This document shows, one piece after another, positions 19,282-29,398 of a DNA stretch of 64,000 nt (positions within the stretch are counted from its first letter, which is position 1; every line of letters begins with the position of its first letter). Where the stretch lies: positions 5,177-69,176 of the forward strand of contig JBFGJH010000009.1 in the NCBI GenBank assembly GCA_041577335.1, given 5' to 3'. The stretch is from Acidimicrobiia bacterium (GTDB lineage Bacteria; Actinomycetota; Acidimicrobiia; Spongiisociales; JAENVV01). The notes under the pieces are model-generated. The model saw only the letters and a list, made by a program, of their open reading frames with translations, was not told where the DNA came from and did no database searches. The position numbers and the translations under genes are program-made.

Positions 19282-20649
19282 CTATCCGTCGAGTAGGTCC
19301 GGGGACCAGAGTTCGGTGGTGGGGTGGAACTGGCTCCACGCAAACCAGAAGGCCTGGTGCGTCGCCAGTTGCGTACCGTCGGTCCGCTGAGCGCGCAGGC
19401 CGTCTCCGTCGAGGGTGACAGTCACGCCTGCCAGCTCCACGGTATCGCCGTTCTCGAGTGCCGCGCGAGCGGATTCCGCCGGGAATGCGATGAATACGTT
19501 CTCGTCGAGGGTGACCCCCAGCACTTGCTGCTGAACCGGCAGGCGAGGATCGACATCGCCGATCGGGAAGATGGGCCCATTGTCATCGCGGCCTCGCAAC
19601 GGGTTGGCGGCGTACGTGCGGCCGATGCCGCCATCCTGGGCGAGGATGGTCGTGTCGGGATGGGCTTCTTTCCACGCTCCCCATGTGGACGTGACCACGG
19701 TCACCATGTCCAACTGCACCCCGGCGTCGTGGAGTGGCCCCGAGAGTGCCTGGCCTGTGAACGTGTCGAAAGCCGACCAAGTGTTCAGGTCGTACATGAG
19801 CTTGTTGGAGCGGACCAAGAGACCGGAGGTCCGCAAGACCGGTGCTTCGAATCCGTCCGGCACCGACTCCAGGTCGTATGCCTGAGCAGAGCCGCACAGC
19901 GTGCAATAGGGGATCCCCAGCCGCACTCCGCCGACCGTGTCGATCACCATCTCATGTACTTCCATCATGTTCTTGGGATACGCTCGGGCCTCGCCACCGA
20001 TATCAACACCGAAGATGATGGCGTCGTCTGGATACCACCCACCTCCGGCGGCGTCGGTGAATGCCGGGTTGTCGAGCGCGGGGATGCAGCTGGTGGCACA
20101 GGACTGGTCGAACTCGCCGAGCGGCCGATCGTCCGGGCCAACACCACCGAAACCGAGATGTCGATACTCGATCACGCTGTTGGGGTCGTCGAAGAACGGG
20201 CTCCAGCGGGCATCGACGATGGTGTATAGCTGTCCCTTGAGACGTTGGTACTCCGGAGGAGCCGCGATGTCTTCAGCGATCAGGTAGTTCGACGACTCAA
20301 CCCACGGACTGGTCTCGCCCGCCAACACGACTCCGGTGAGCTCCTCGAAACCTTGGGCGAGCGTGGCGCTGATGTCGCCAGGGCCGAAGAACCGCAAGAG
20401 GTCGGAGAGCAACCACGCATACCGAACATCGCCAGACTCGGCGAGCTCGGCGACGGCCGCAACATCGATCTCGTCGCCAAGCGAGTCATACAGCGCTTGA
20501 GATGCCTCGAATGCGTTTCGATCCTCGCGAACGCCCACCGTGATCGCAACGGTCGTTGTGGGAAGGCTGTCTGGGAGGGTCGTTGGAGGCGTTTGTGGAA
20601 CGCACGACGCCATCACCAGGCTCATCATCGCAACCAGTGTCGCTTTCAC
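19282..20649 (-). CDS. DUF3179-domain lipoprotein
   Basis: IPALDNP, ARAYP, HEMVID, YCTLCGS, SGLL..SNKLMYD, FWFAW; lipobox MASC; TATCGT 7 nt before GTG. Confidence 0.8.
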   Translation of the reverse strand: MKATLVAMMSLVMASCVPQTPPTTLPDSLPTTTVAITVGVREDRNAFEASQALYDSLGDEIDVAAVAELAESGDVRYAWLLSDLLRFFGPGDISATLAQGFEELTGVVLAGETSPWVESSNYLIAEDIAAPPEYQRLKGQLYTIVDARWSPFFDDPNSVIEYRHLGFGGVGPDDRPLGEFDQSCATSCIPALDNPAFTDAAGGGWYPDDAIIFGVDIGGEARAYPKNMMEVHEMVIDTVGGVRLGIPYCTLCGSAQAYDLESVPDGFEAPVLRTSGLLVRSNKLMYDLNTWSAFDTFTGQALSGPLHDAGVQLDMVTVVTSTWGAWKEAHPDTTILAQDGGIGRTYAANPLRGRDDNGPIFPIGDVDPRLPVQQQVLGVTLDENVFIAFPAESARAALENGDTVELAGVTVTLDGDGLRAQRTDGTQLATHQAFWFAWSQFHPTTELWSPDLLDG

Positions 20650-20677
20650 GCTCGCGACGATACTGTTGTCGGCGGGG

Positions 20678-21151
20678 CTACCACCCTCGCGTCCCGGGCC
20701 CCCCCTTGAAGGGGCCGGTGATTTCCGGAGTGATCCACCCGCCATAGAAATCACCTTCCTGAGCGGAGACGGGCACACCCCCGACGGAGCAGCGATCCAT
20801 CTTGGACGGGTAAAACGCGAAGTGCCCCGCCAGAGACTCGTATCCCTGGGTGGGCTGCGGGTAGCCCCAGACTGCGTCGTCGGCGCGGTGCGCCTCCACC
20901 TCGACGGTCCAATACGTCGCTCGCCCTTTGAACTCGCACCATGAGGAGGCTTGCGTGGGGAAGAGGAACTCCATGCGCACGTCCTCGCCGGGGAGATAGA
21001 AGACAGGTGGATGCGACGTTTCCAGGACGCGCAGCGCCTGCGTCGTGTCGGCGATCGAGATGCCGCCGAATTCCACCTGGACTCGACGGGTGTCGGGCTC
21101 GATGCGAGGCGGGCGCGGATAGTCCCAAACGGATTCCTGAGTGTTTTCCAT
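20678..21151 (-). CDS. DUF427-domain protein
   Basis: ESVWDYPRPP, LETSHPP, CEFKG, FYGGWIT, GPFKG. Confidence 0.88.
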   Translation of the reverse strand: MENTQESVWDYPRPPRIEPDTRRVQVEFGGISIADTTQALRVLETSHPPVFYLPGEDVRMEFLFPTQASSWCEFKGRATYWTVEVEAHRADDAVWGYPQPTQGYESLAGHFAFYPSKMDRCSVGGVPVSAQEGDFYGGWITPEITGPFKGGPGTRGW

Positions 21152-21173
21152 GGTCCCCATCGTAGAAAGCGGC

Positions 21174-22367
21174 CTACATTTCCGGTACCGGGAACCCAGG
21201 ACGTCCCTCGGCAACCCATGACTTGAATGCGGCGGCCGTGCCGATGTCGCTGCCTGCCTCTGCCGATTTCAAGTAGCGGTGATTGAGCAGATCGCAGTAG
21301 CCCTGCACCGGATCGAGGTCGGGATCGACCGCACTGATGGCTTTCAACGTCGGCTCGAAATGGCTCACCCGCCACTTGATGGCTTCCACCGCCTTGCCGG
21401 ATTGCGTGTTGTTGCCACTGGTCGCTTGGTAATGGTACAAGTCGGCCAGTATGTGCCGAGCCTGGAAATCTCCAGCCTCGACGCCTGTCAGAGCCATGAG
21501 GCGGTCTCGGTGGTAATTGCGACCGGCGACCGTGACCTTGAAACGCAGGTCTTCACCGCCGGGTGCTTCGGTGAGCTGCATCTCGTCGACATCGAAGCCC
21601 AACGCGTTCAGTCGTCTCACGCGCTCGGTGATTCGGTACTGCTCGTCCAAGGGAACCGTTTCGGTGCGATTGAGCTCGTTCCAGAGGGACTCATATCGGT
21701 CGGCGATGTCCACGCCCAGCGACAGGTCCGCTTCGTCGACCTCGGTGCCGGAGCTGGCCGCAATGTCCGCCATACCGCCCGCCACGTTCATGGTCATGAT
21801 CTCGATGTCTTCCATCCGCTGACCGTCGGAGAGCTCGTCGTGAATCGAAGCGGTTTCGGCGTCGACCATGATGGTCTCGATGGCGGCGGCGTCCCAGCGA
21901 TACAGCACATTCGACAGCGAGCAGTCGCCCCAGAAGCACCCGGCGACGTGGAGCTCTACGAGCAAGCCGGCAAAGGCGTCGAGCATCTTCTGACGATTTG
22001 GCCCAAAACCGGGCCCGGCGAGAATCTCCCGGTAGCTGAACGAGTACGACTCGTACTCCGTGATGAGCGCCGCCGACTCTTCGGCGTGGTGGTCGTCGGT
22101 GCGTTCTTCAACGAGTCCAGCCGGGACCACGCTGGGTGTGCCTTTGGGCTCCAACGCTCGGAGGACTCCGTAGTCCTGGCGGGCCGCCCGCCGAGGCAGC
22201 TCCTTGATGGCGTACACGCCTTCTGAATACTGAACGAAACGAACCGTGTGCCTCGAAATCCCTTTCGGGATGTCGACGAGCCGAGGATGATCCCATTCGA
22301 GCAGCGAACGATCCCACGGGAGATCGAGAAAGTCGGGATGACCGGGTCGGATCTTTAGCTCAGGCAC
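21174..22367 (-). CDS. DUF4032-domain / LPS-kinase-like protein
   Basis: LDLPW, GISRH.VRF, WGDCSLSN, VDAET motifs typical of this actinobacterial family. Confidence 0.8.
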   Translation of the reverse strand: MPELKIRPGHPDFLDLPWDRSLLEWDHPRLVDIPKGISRHTVRFVQYSEGVYAIKELPRRAARQDYGVLRALEPKGTPSVVPAGLVEERTDDHHAEESAALITEYESYSFSYREILAGPGFGPNRQKMLDAFAGLLVELHVAGCFWGDCSLSNVLYRWDAAAIETIMVDAETASIHDELSDGQRMEDIEIMTMNVAGGMADIAASSGTEVDEADLSLGVDIADRYESLWNELNRTETVPLDEQYRITERVRRLNALGFDVDEMQLTEAPGGEDLRFKVTVAGRNYHRDRLMALTGVEAGDFQARHILADLYHYQATSGNNTQSGKAVEAIKWRVSHFEPTLKAISAVDPDLDPVQGYCDLLNHRYLKSAEAGSDIGTAAAFKSWVAEGRPGFPVPEM

Positions 22368-22405
22368 GGCAACAGGGTACCCAGCCGGAGCGGTACGCTC
22401 ATCCG

Positions 22406-22717
22406 ATGGAGACGCCGAGCCGAATCGAGCTGGTCGGAGGAGAGGTTCTCATCCTCGAGTGGGCCGACGGGACGGTATCCGAGCTGACCGCTCGTGCGCT
22501 GCGGGACGCGTGTGCCTGCGCAGATTGTCGGGCCAAGGACGATCGCCCCCCAGCCGCGTTGCGACTACAGGCGCCGATGGTTGCCGCGATCGTCGATGCC
22601 CATCTCGTGGGGTCGTATGGCATCAACTTGACGTTCGCTCCCGACAACCACCGGACCGGGATCTTCACATTCGACCAACTGAGAGATCTGGCTGGCACGT
22701 TGGGCACCAGTACGTGA
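22406..22717 (+). CDS. DUF971 / gamma-butyrobetaine hydroxylase-like N-terminal domain protein
   Basis: W.DG, LRDACACADC, VGSYGI, H.TGIF. Confidence 0.85.
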   Translation: METPSRIELVGGEVLILEWADGTVSELTARALRDACACADCRAKDDRPPAALRLQAPMVAAIVDAHLVGSYGINLTFAPDNHRTGIFTFDQLRDLAGTLGTST

Positions 22718-23474
22718 CCCGTTCGAAATCGCCGATCCACGCAGACTCGATGGCGGTCCTACATCGTCGGCACGGCTCGGACGCCCGGTCGTAGACCCAC
22801 AGCTCCCGGCCTCGCCGAGTGTCTCCGGTGGTGATCCGACGAGGCCGCTCGCGATTGATCATCAGCAGCTGCCGAGCTCGCTTCACCAACTGGCCCTTGA
22901 CGGCTTCTTCGAGCTGACCGCTGGGTGTCATTGGGTTGAGCCGGTGCATGAACAGGATCTCGCTCTTGTAGACGTTCCCGACCCCCGCCATGACACGCTG
23001 GTCGAGGAGCACATCTCCGATAGGCCGATCCGGCAGTTGCTCGGCCATCCGTCGCGCGGCGTCTTGCTCGTCAAACGTGTCGGCGGTGAGATCGGGTCCC
23101 CATTGGCGCAACTCGCCGTTGATTCGGTCGGTCTTGTCCACCTCGACGGTCGGTGCCGCGAAACAAACCGCGGCATGATCGGTCGTGGCCAGGATGACCC
23201 GGGCAGCGCCGACCGGTTTCGCCCATCGAGCATGCCGCTCATAGACATGCCACACGCCCGGCATGCCCATGTGGGTTCGAATGGTGAGGCCGGCATCTGT
23301 GTCCACCAGGTGGTGTTTCCCGTACGACCGGACGGCTGTCACCACGGCGCCTTCGAGCCGGGAGGCCTTCGTCCGTATCGCGGGATGTGATCCCTGCACC
23401 CTCGTCAGGATTTGGTCGGTGAGAGCCCGGCCCACGTTTTCGGCTGCTCGGTAGATCGTGTCACCCTCGGGCAT
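22665..23474 (-). CDS. nei: Fpg/Nei family DNA glycosylase (Nei2-like)
   Basis: N-terminal PEGD, GKH, H2TH GVGNVYKSE, zinc finger CRRC...CPTCQ; directly downstream of lhr. Confidence 0.92.
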   Translation of the reverse strand: MPEGDTIYRAAENVGRALTDQILTRVQGSHPAIRTKASRLEGAVVTAVRSYGKHHLVDTDAGLTIRTHMGMPGVWHVYERHARWAKPVGAARVILATTDHAAVCFAAPTVEVDKTDRINGELRQWGPDLTADTFDEQDAARRMAEQLPDRPIGDVLLDQRVMAGVGNVYKSEILFMHRLNPMTPSGQLEEAVKGQLVKRARQLLMINRERPRRITTGDTRRGRELWVYDRASEPCRRCRTAIESAWIGDFERVTYWCPTCQPDLSVGRM

Positions 23475-26400
23475 TCACGCCCACCGCAGACCTTTGGGGG
23501 TCCGGACGAAGCCGGCATCCAGCATGGCGGCGCCAAGCAACGACTCCGTGATCGGCTGATCGTTGATCGATTCCACAACGAGCTTTCGCGACCGTCTGCC
23601 GAGCTCCGCGAGCGCCGGAGCACATTCAGCAACCGCTTCCGGCGTTGAGACCGATAGGAGCTTCCGGCCGCCCCGCTCGACGTAGATCGTCAATTCGCCG
23701 TCTCTCAGGATGACAAAGGCGCCTGCCGCTCTGGCGAATCGGGCGATTTCGGTTTCTGGCCAGGGCAACGCGGCTCCGAATGGGCTGGCCGGGTCCGTGG
23801 CGGCGAGCACAACCGGATCGGTGCTGTCAGGTGTGCTCCGTAGGCGATCGACCGCACCGGGCAGCGCAAACTGGGCGCCGCCCAACCCTTCCACGAAATA
23901 GCCGCGGCGCACCCGGCCCGAGTCCTCCAACTGGGCAAGCACCGGGTACAGACCGGTGAACGCTCCCGGCACACTCTCGCTCGCAACGCCCAGGCGAGTG
24001 ACCACCCCATGACGATCCAGCAACAGGTTGGTCCAGGCGGTGGCACGTTGGGTGGGGGACGCCGAGCCCGGCTCCAGGTCGGCCACGAGGCTCCACCGTC
24101 CCACGCCGCTTGCGGGAAACGAGGGATTGCGCGGGTTGCGGTTGGCTCGTCGTGCCCGGCTGGCCAGTAGGGCACGAACCGGCGCCAAGGTGTCGTTGGT
24201 GATTTCGCCTGCCCAGACCAGGTCCCACAAGGCATCGATGACCTCGGCTGGATCGCCGCCTCCCGCTGCCTGGTAGAGGTCAGGGAAGAAGGATGCGCCC
24301 CGCTCCGAAAGGTGAGCGCGCATGGCTTGGTGAATCGGTGACTGAGGGGGTTCGCTGTCGGGTTCGAACGCCAGCAGCGGAACCTGATCGCGTCGAAACA
24401 GCATGACTCGTCCGTCCTTGGTGCCGATCGAGCCCTGCCCGATCCACACGACGTCGCCGGTCACCATCACTTGGTCGAGCAAGTGGGGCGAGAAGTCCAT
24501 GCGGGCCGACAGCACGTCTCGTTCGAGCACAGAAGCAGGGATGGCAGCCGCCTGGAGGCGTCCGATCACCTCGAGAAGCGCGCTGGTGGAACTGCGCTGC
24601 GAAGCGTGGTCGATCCCGTGCCACGCCAGTTCGAATCGAGCGAAAGCAGCGCCATCGACCGGCTCGATCTCGTTGCGGAGCGCTGCGAGCGAGCGGCGTT
24701 TGAGCCGGCGCAGCACTTCGGTGTCCACCCACTCGTGGTCTTGGCCGCCCGGCCGAAATGCCCCTCGCACCACACGACCGGCCGCCGACAAACGGTCGAG
24801 AGTCGTAGTGATGACCGCAGGCGCCAGATCCAGGGCGGCGGCGATTTCGCTGTCGGTGAACGGCCCGTGCGTGCGTGCGTACCGTCCGACGATATCGCCC
24901 AGAGGATCCACTGCGGGCTCGAGGAACGCATGTGGGATGCCGGCAGGCGGCTGAATGCCCATGCCGTCTCGCAAACGACCGGCGTCTTCTACGGCGGCGA
25001 GTTTCGTCTGGCCACGCGTCACAACCGTCATGAGACGTTTGGCCTCGATGAGTGCTCCGACCCATTCGGGCCCTGGACCGTCGGTGCGAGCAGCGATGTC
25101 GTCGGGCGTGAGGGGGCCGAGGTTGCGCACGAGGTCTGCCACTGCGTCGATAGAGCGAGCCTTACGTCCGGGAGCGAGATGCTGCAATTCGAGCTCGACC
25201 TCGGCAATCACGTCTTCGGCGATCAGGGACCGCAGCTCGGATTCGCCGAGAAGCTCGCGCAAGAGGTCTCTGTCGAGTGTCAAAGCCGCAGCGCGCCGCT
25301 CGGCGAGCGGGGTATCGCCTTCGTACATAAAGGCCGCCACGAAGGAAAACAGCAGCGAGCTGGCGAACGGGCTCGGCGAGCTCAACTCGACATCGACCAC
25401 CCGGATCTGGCGCGATCGGATGGCTGACAGGACCTCTTTGAGCGCGGGAAGGTCGAAATCGTCCTGGAGCACCTCTCGGAACACCTCCAGCATCATCGGA
25501 AAGGTCCCAAATTGTTTGGCCACGGTGAGCAGATCGGCGGAGCGCCGCCGTTGCAGCCATAGCGGCGTGCGCGAGCCCGGTCGGCGCCGGGGGAGCAGCA
25601 ACGCTCGGGCGGCCGCCTCCCTGAACCGGGCCGCGAACAGCGCGGTGTCAGGCAATTGGTCCATGAGGAGTTGTTCAGCGTCGTCGGGGTCGATGAGGAG
25701 GTCGTCGACCGAAGGGGGGTCGTCGATATCGGCAAAACGGAAGGCGATGCCGTCATCGGCCCAGATGGCGCTGACGTCGTGCCCGAAACGGTCACGGAAG
25801 CGATTGGTGAGGGCCATGGCCCACGGCGCATGAACACGAGCTCCCAGCGGCGAGAGGAGGACGAGCCTCCAGTCACCGATCTCGTCGCGAAATCGCTGCA
25901 CGACAATCGTCCGATCGGTGGGCAGTGCGCCGGTTGCTTCGACCTCCTCGTCGAGGAACGCCTTGAGATTGCGAGCAGCCCGAAGGTCGAGTCGGTATTC
26001 GGTTTGGAGCGCCGCCAGAGCATCGGTGGATTCCATGGCCCCGACGTGGCGGACGAAGGCACCGAGCGCCCGGCCGGTCTCGAGCGGTCGCCCCACCGTA
26101 TCGCCGTGCCAGAACGGCATCTTGGCGGCGGGTTCCCCAGGGGCCGGCACCACCTCGACACGATCAGGTGTGATATCGGCGATTCTCCACGTCGTGGTGC
26201 CGAGCACGAACGCGTCGCCCGGCCGGGACTCGTACACCATCTCCTCGTCGAGCTCACCGACCTTGGCGCCGTCAGGCAAGTTCACGGAATACAGTCCCCG
26301 ATCCGGGATCGTGCCGGGATTCTGCACGGCCAGCCGCTGCGCTCCTGGACGGCCTTCGATGACATTGGTGGTGCGGTCCCAGTTGAGGCGAGGGCGGAGC

Positions 26401-27833
26401 TCCGCAAACAGGTCAGACGGGTAGCGGCCCGCCAGCATGTCGAGTGTTGCCTCGAACGGCCCCCGTCCGAGCTCAGCATACGGCGCAGCACAACGGACGA
26501 GGTCGTAGAGCTCGTCCACCTCGATGGAATCCATCGCGGCGATTGCCACGATCTGCTGCGACAAGACGTCGAGCGGGTTCTTGGGGATGATCGTTCGTTC
26601 GACGGCCCGTTGCATCATCCGGTCGACAACCACCGTCGAGACCAACAGATCACCCCGGAATTTCGGATATACGGTGGCGTGGCTCACCGCCCCTACCTGG
26701 TGGCCTGCCCGCCCCACCCGTTGCAGACCGGAGGCAACCGTGGAAGGCGATTCCACCTGGATGACGTGGTCCACGGCACCCATGTCGATACCGAGCTCCA
26801 ACGAGGAGGTGGCGACTACGCACGGCAAGTCACCCCGTTTGAGTGCTTCCTCTATCTCGACTCGCTGTTCACGAGCCACCGACCCGTGATGCGCCCGTGA
26901 GATTGGTTCTCCGGCCAGATCATTGATCTCGGACGAGATGCGTTCGGCCAGGCGCCGGCTGTTGGCGAACAGAATCGTCGACTGGTGCGACCGAATCTCG
27001 TCGAGGAGGCGTGGATACACGGCGGGCCAAATCGACCGCCCCGGCAGCTCGTCGGTGGCGGATTCGACGGGCTGGGTCATGTCTTCGACGGGTACCACGA
27101 TCTCGATGTCGAGCTCCTTGTCGCCTTCGATATCGATGAGAGTGACCGGTCGAGCGGTGATCGATTCGGCTTCGACGTCGAAGCCGCCCAAGAACTGTCC
27201 AATCGTCTCGAGGGGCCGCTGGGTGGCCGAGAGGCCGATTCGCTGCGGAGGCGCCTCCGCCAACGATTCGAGGCGTTCCAGCGAAAGGGCGAGATGGGTG
27301 CCCCGTTTGGTCCCGGCGACTGCGTGTACCTCGTCGACAATGACCCAGCGGACTGTCGTGAGGATCTCTCGGACTTGCGAGGTCAACATCAGGTACAGCG
27401 ACTCCGGCGTCGTGATGAGGACATCGGGCGGGTGGCGATGCATCCTCCGGCGGTCGGCGGCGGGGGTGTCGCCGGTGCGGAGCTGGGTGGTGATCGCCGG
27501 GAGATCGCCGATCCCCAGGCGATCGGCGGCATGCCGGATGCCGATCAATGGTGCTCGCAGATTACGGTCGACGTCATAGGCGAGCGCCTTGAGCGGTGAC
27601 ACATAGAGAACCCGACAGCGCCGGCGATCCACGGGCAGGGGATCGTGGAGCAACCGGTCCAATGTCCACAGGAATGCGGCAAGCGTCTTACCCGAGCCGG
27701 TCGGGGCATGGATGAGCGTATGGGATCCGCTCGAGATGGCCGGCCATCCTTCGACTTGCGCTGCCGTTGGAGCCTCGAACGACGACTCGAACCAAGCTCG
27801 GGTGGCCTTGGAGAAGGATTCGAGGACATCCAT
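23475..27833 (-). CDS. lhr: Lhr-family ATP-dependent DEAD/H helicase (full length)
   Basis: APTGSGKT, DEVH, SAT, SSLELGID, QRVGRAGH; long C-terminal domain; TACAGT 6 nt before ATG 27833. Confidence 0.93.
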   Translation of the reverse strand: MDVLESFSKATRAWFESSFEAPTAAQVEGWPAISSGSHTLIHAPTGSGKTLAAFLWTLDRLLHDPLPVDRRRCRVLYVSPLKALAYDVDRNLRAPLIGIRHAADRLGIGDLPAITTQLRTGDTPAADRRRMHRHPPDVLITTPESLYLMLTSQVREILTTVRWVIVDEVHAVAGTKRGTHLALSLERLESLAEAPPQRIGLSATQRPLETIGQFLGGFDVEAESITARPVTLIDIEGDKELDIEIVVPVEDMTQPVESATDELPGRSIWPAVYPRLLDEIRSHQSTILFANSRRLAERISSEINDLAGEPISRAHHGSVAREQRVEIEEALKRGDLPCVVATSSLELGIDMGAVDHVIQVESPSTVASGLQRVGRAGHQVGAVSHATVYPKFRGDLLVSTVVVDRMMQRAVERTIIPKNPLDVLSQQIVAIAAMDSIEVDELYDLVRCAAPYAELGRGPFEATLDMLAGRYPSDLFAELRPRLNWDRTTNVIEGRPGAQRLAVQNPGTIPDRGLYSVNLPDGAKVGELDEEMVYESRPGDAFVLGTTTWRIADITPDRVEVVPAPGEPAAKMPFWHGDTVGRPLETGRALGAFVRHVGAMESTDALAALQTEYRLDLRAARNLKAFLDEEVEATGALPTDRTIVVQRFRDEIGDWRLVLLSPLGARVHAPWAMALTNRFRDRFGHDVSAIWADDGIAFRFADIDDPPSVDDLLIDPDDAEQLLMDQLPDTALFAARFREAAARALLLPRRRPGSRTPLWLQRRRSADLLTVAKQFGTFPMMLEVFREVLQDDFDLPALKEVLSAIRSRQIRVVDVELSSPSPFASSLLFSFVAAFMYEGDTPLAERRAAALTLDRDLLRELLGESELRSLIAEDVIAEVELELQHLAPGRKARSIDAVADLVRNLGPLTPDDIAARTDGPGPEWVGALIEAKRLMTVVTRGQTKLAAVEDAGRLRDGMGIQPPAGIPHAFLEPAVDPLGDIVGRYARTHGPFTDSEIAAALDLAPAVITTTLDRLSAAGRVVRGAFRPGGQDHEWVDTEVLRRLKRRSLAALRNEIEPVDGAAFARFELAWHGIDHASQRSSTSALLEVIGRLQAAAIPASVLERDVLSARMDFSPHLLDQVMVTGDVVWIGQGSIGTKDGRVMLFRRDQVPLLAFEPDSEPPQSPIHQAMRAHLSERGASFFPDLYQAAGGGDPAEVIDALWDLVWAGEITNDTLAPVRALLASRARRANRNPRNPSFPASGVGRWSLVADLEPGSASPTQRATAWTNLLLDRHGVVTRLGVASESVPGAFTGLYPVLAQLEDSGRVRRGYFVEGLGGAQFALPGAVDRLRSTPDSTDPVVLAATDPASPFGAALPWPETEIARFARAAGAFVILRDGELTIYVERGGRKLLSVSTPEAVAECAPALAELGRRSRKLVVESINDQPITESLLGAAMLDAGFVRTPKGLRWA

Positions 27834-27939
27834 TCGGTCACTGTAGACCGTGCGAATGACCAAAACGCCGGGCAGAACCGGGCCTGTTCTGGGCATTGAT
27901 TGACGTGTCGATGGCCGGTACCTCCGCGACAATGCTGGG

Positions 27940-28557
27940 ATGGACATCGCCGTGAATCTGGTCGAGACGTATCTGCGCTTCAACGGATATCTGACCATGT
28001 CCGAATTCGAGGTGCAGCGAAGAGTCAAAGACGGAAGCTACGAAACCGTGACCGACGTCGACATCGTCGGCATCCGATTCCCGGGCGATATCTATGCGGC
28101 CGACGTCCACGACGATGCCGAGGCTCGGATGCTCCTCGTGGAAGATCCGAGCTTGTTTCTCGCCCCCGAAACGATCGACGTCATCATCGGCGAGGTGAAG
28201 CAAGGCGAGGCGCTCCTCAACGTCGGTCTGACCCGCCATGAGGTTCTGCATACGGTGCTGCGCCGGGTTGAGTGGGTCTACGCGGTGCCGCTCGACGACG
28301 TGATCGCAGGTCTCCAGGCGGGCATGACCTGTCGCGTCGAGGCGCGCAGCGGCGGCGAGGTGAGAACGAGGCTCGTTGCGTTTGGGCAAGCCCCGATCAC
28401 CGACGAGAACATGGTGTCGCTCACCCACGTGTTTCGCGAGGTGGTGGGCTTCATGGATCGTTTCGGGGACGTCTTACGACCTGCCCAATTCTCTGAGCCG
28501 GCCCCGGCGCTCCTGCATTTGCTCTCCAAGCTGGGATTCACCATCAACGACGACTGA
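27940..28557 (+). CDS. Hypothetical protein, PD-(D/E)XK-like
   Basis: VETYLRFNGY...TDVDIVG...IGEVK pattern. Confidence 0.55.
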   Translation: MDIAVNLVETYLRFNGYLTMSEFEVQRRVKDGSYETVTDVDIVGIRFPGDIYAADVHDDAEARMLLVEDPSLFLAPETIDVIIGEVKQGEALLNVGLTRHEVLHTVLRRVEWVYAVPLDDVIAGLQAGMTCRVEARSGGEVRTRLVAFGQAPITDENMVSLTHVFREVVGFMDRFGDVLRPAQFSEPAPALLHLLSKLGFTINDD

Positions 28558-28618
28558 ATCCCCGCTGGTAGCCGCACTTCCCCGACGACGGCACGGGTCT
28601 GGCCTCCTGGGGCGGGAC

Positions 28619-29398
28619 CTAGAGGAGGGCTTGGCGAGCCGCCAAGGCCACCTTGGCTGCCAGGTCGCGGTCGATGGGATCTGCGGCTCGCCCGACCTTC
28701 AGTGACGACCCGATGATGGCGCCGGTGGCGGCCGCAAGCAACGAGGCGGCGTTGGCGGCATCGACCCCCGACCCCAGAAAGATCGGCGCATCCGGCCCAA
28801 GCACGTCGCGTGCTTCGGCGACATGCGAAGCATCGGGAGCCCGACCGGTTCCTGAGCCCGACACGACCACCGCGTCGGCACCTGATCGCTCCCACAGGTC
28901 CACCAGGGCTTGCTCGAAGGTCACGCCCGGCGGAGCAGCTGCATGTTTGACGAAACAGTCGGCCATGATCGCGACGCCGGGGGCGAAGCTCTGGCGGGCC
29001 CGGGCCACGGCAGCCGCCTGGCTTTCGATGATCCCCTGATCGGTGTACATCGTCCCAGACAAGACGTTCACGCGGATGAAGGCGGCTCCGGCGGCCGCCG
29101 CCACGGCCAGGGCGGCCAGCGCGTCGTTCCGCAACACGTTCACCCCCACGGGCAGCCGGGCGGCATTGGCCACGGTGATCACAGCGCTGGTCATGGCCGC
29201 CACCGTGATCTTGGGAACGTCGTCCTTGTAGAAGGGGGCGTCTCCGAAGTTCTCGACCATGATGGCGTCGTATCCCGTCTCGGCGAGCACGGAAGCATCG
29301 GCGGCCGCCCGTTCGAGAACCGAATCGAGATCGGCTGGATGGGCAGATCCGGGGAGTGGCCCGAGGTGGACCATTCCGATGAGTTGGGGGAGCCTCAC
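28619..29398 (-). CDS. BtpA/SgcQ family TIM-barrel protein
   Basis: IGMVHL.PLPG, ENFGDAPF, GVNVLRND, VKHA, VSGSGTG; GTG start overlaps upstream TGA. Confidence 0.9.
   Translation of the reverse strand: MRLPQLIGMVHLGPLPGSAHPADLDSVLERAAADASVLAETGYDAIMVENFGDAPFYKDDVPKITVAAMTSAVITVANAARLPVGVNVLRNDALAALAVAAAAGAAFIRVNVLSGTMYTDQGIIESQAAAVARARQSFAPGVAIMADCFVKHAAAPPGVTFEQALVDLWERSGADAVVVSGSGTGRAPDASHVAEARDVLGPDAPIFLGSGVDAANAASLLAAATGAIIGSSLKVGRAADPIDRDLAAKVALAARQALL

Noticed and set aside
19282-20649. DUF3179 protein as a second selenoprotein
   Set aside because: The family includes Sec members, but this copy has plain Cys (YCTLC) and no in-frame TGA.
19282-21375. 697-aa ORF as a single protein
   Set aside because: The N-terminal ~240 aa overlap the DUF427 gene in another frame; a lipoprotein signal and a -10 box place the start at 20649.
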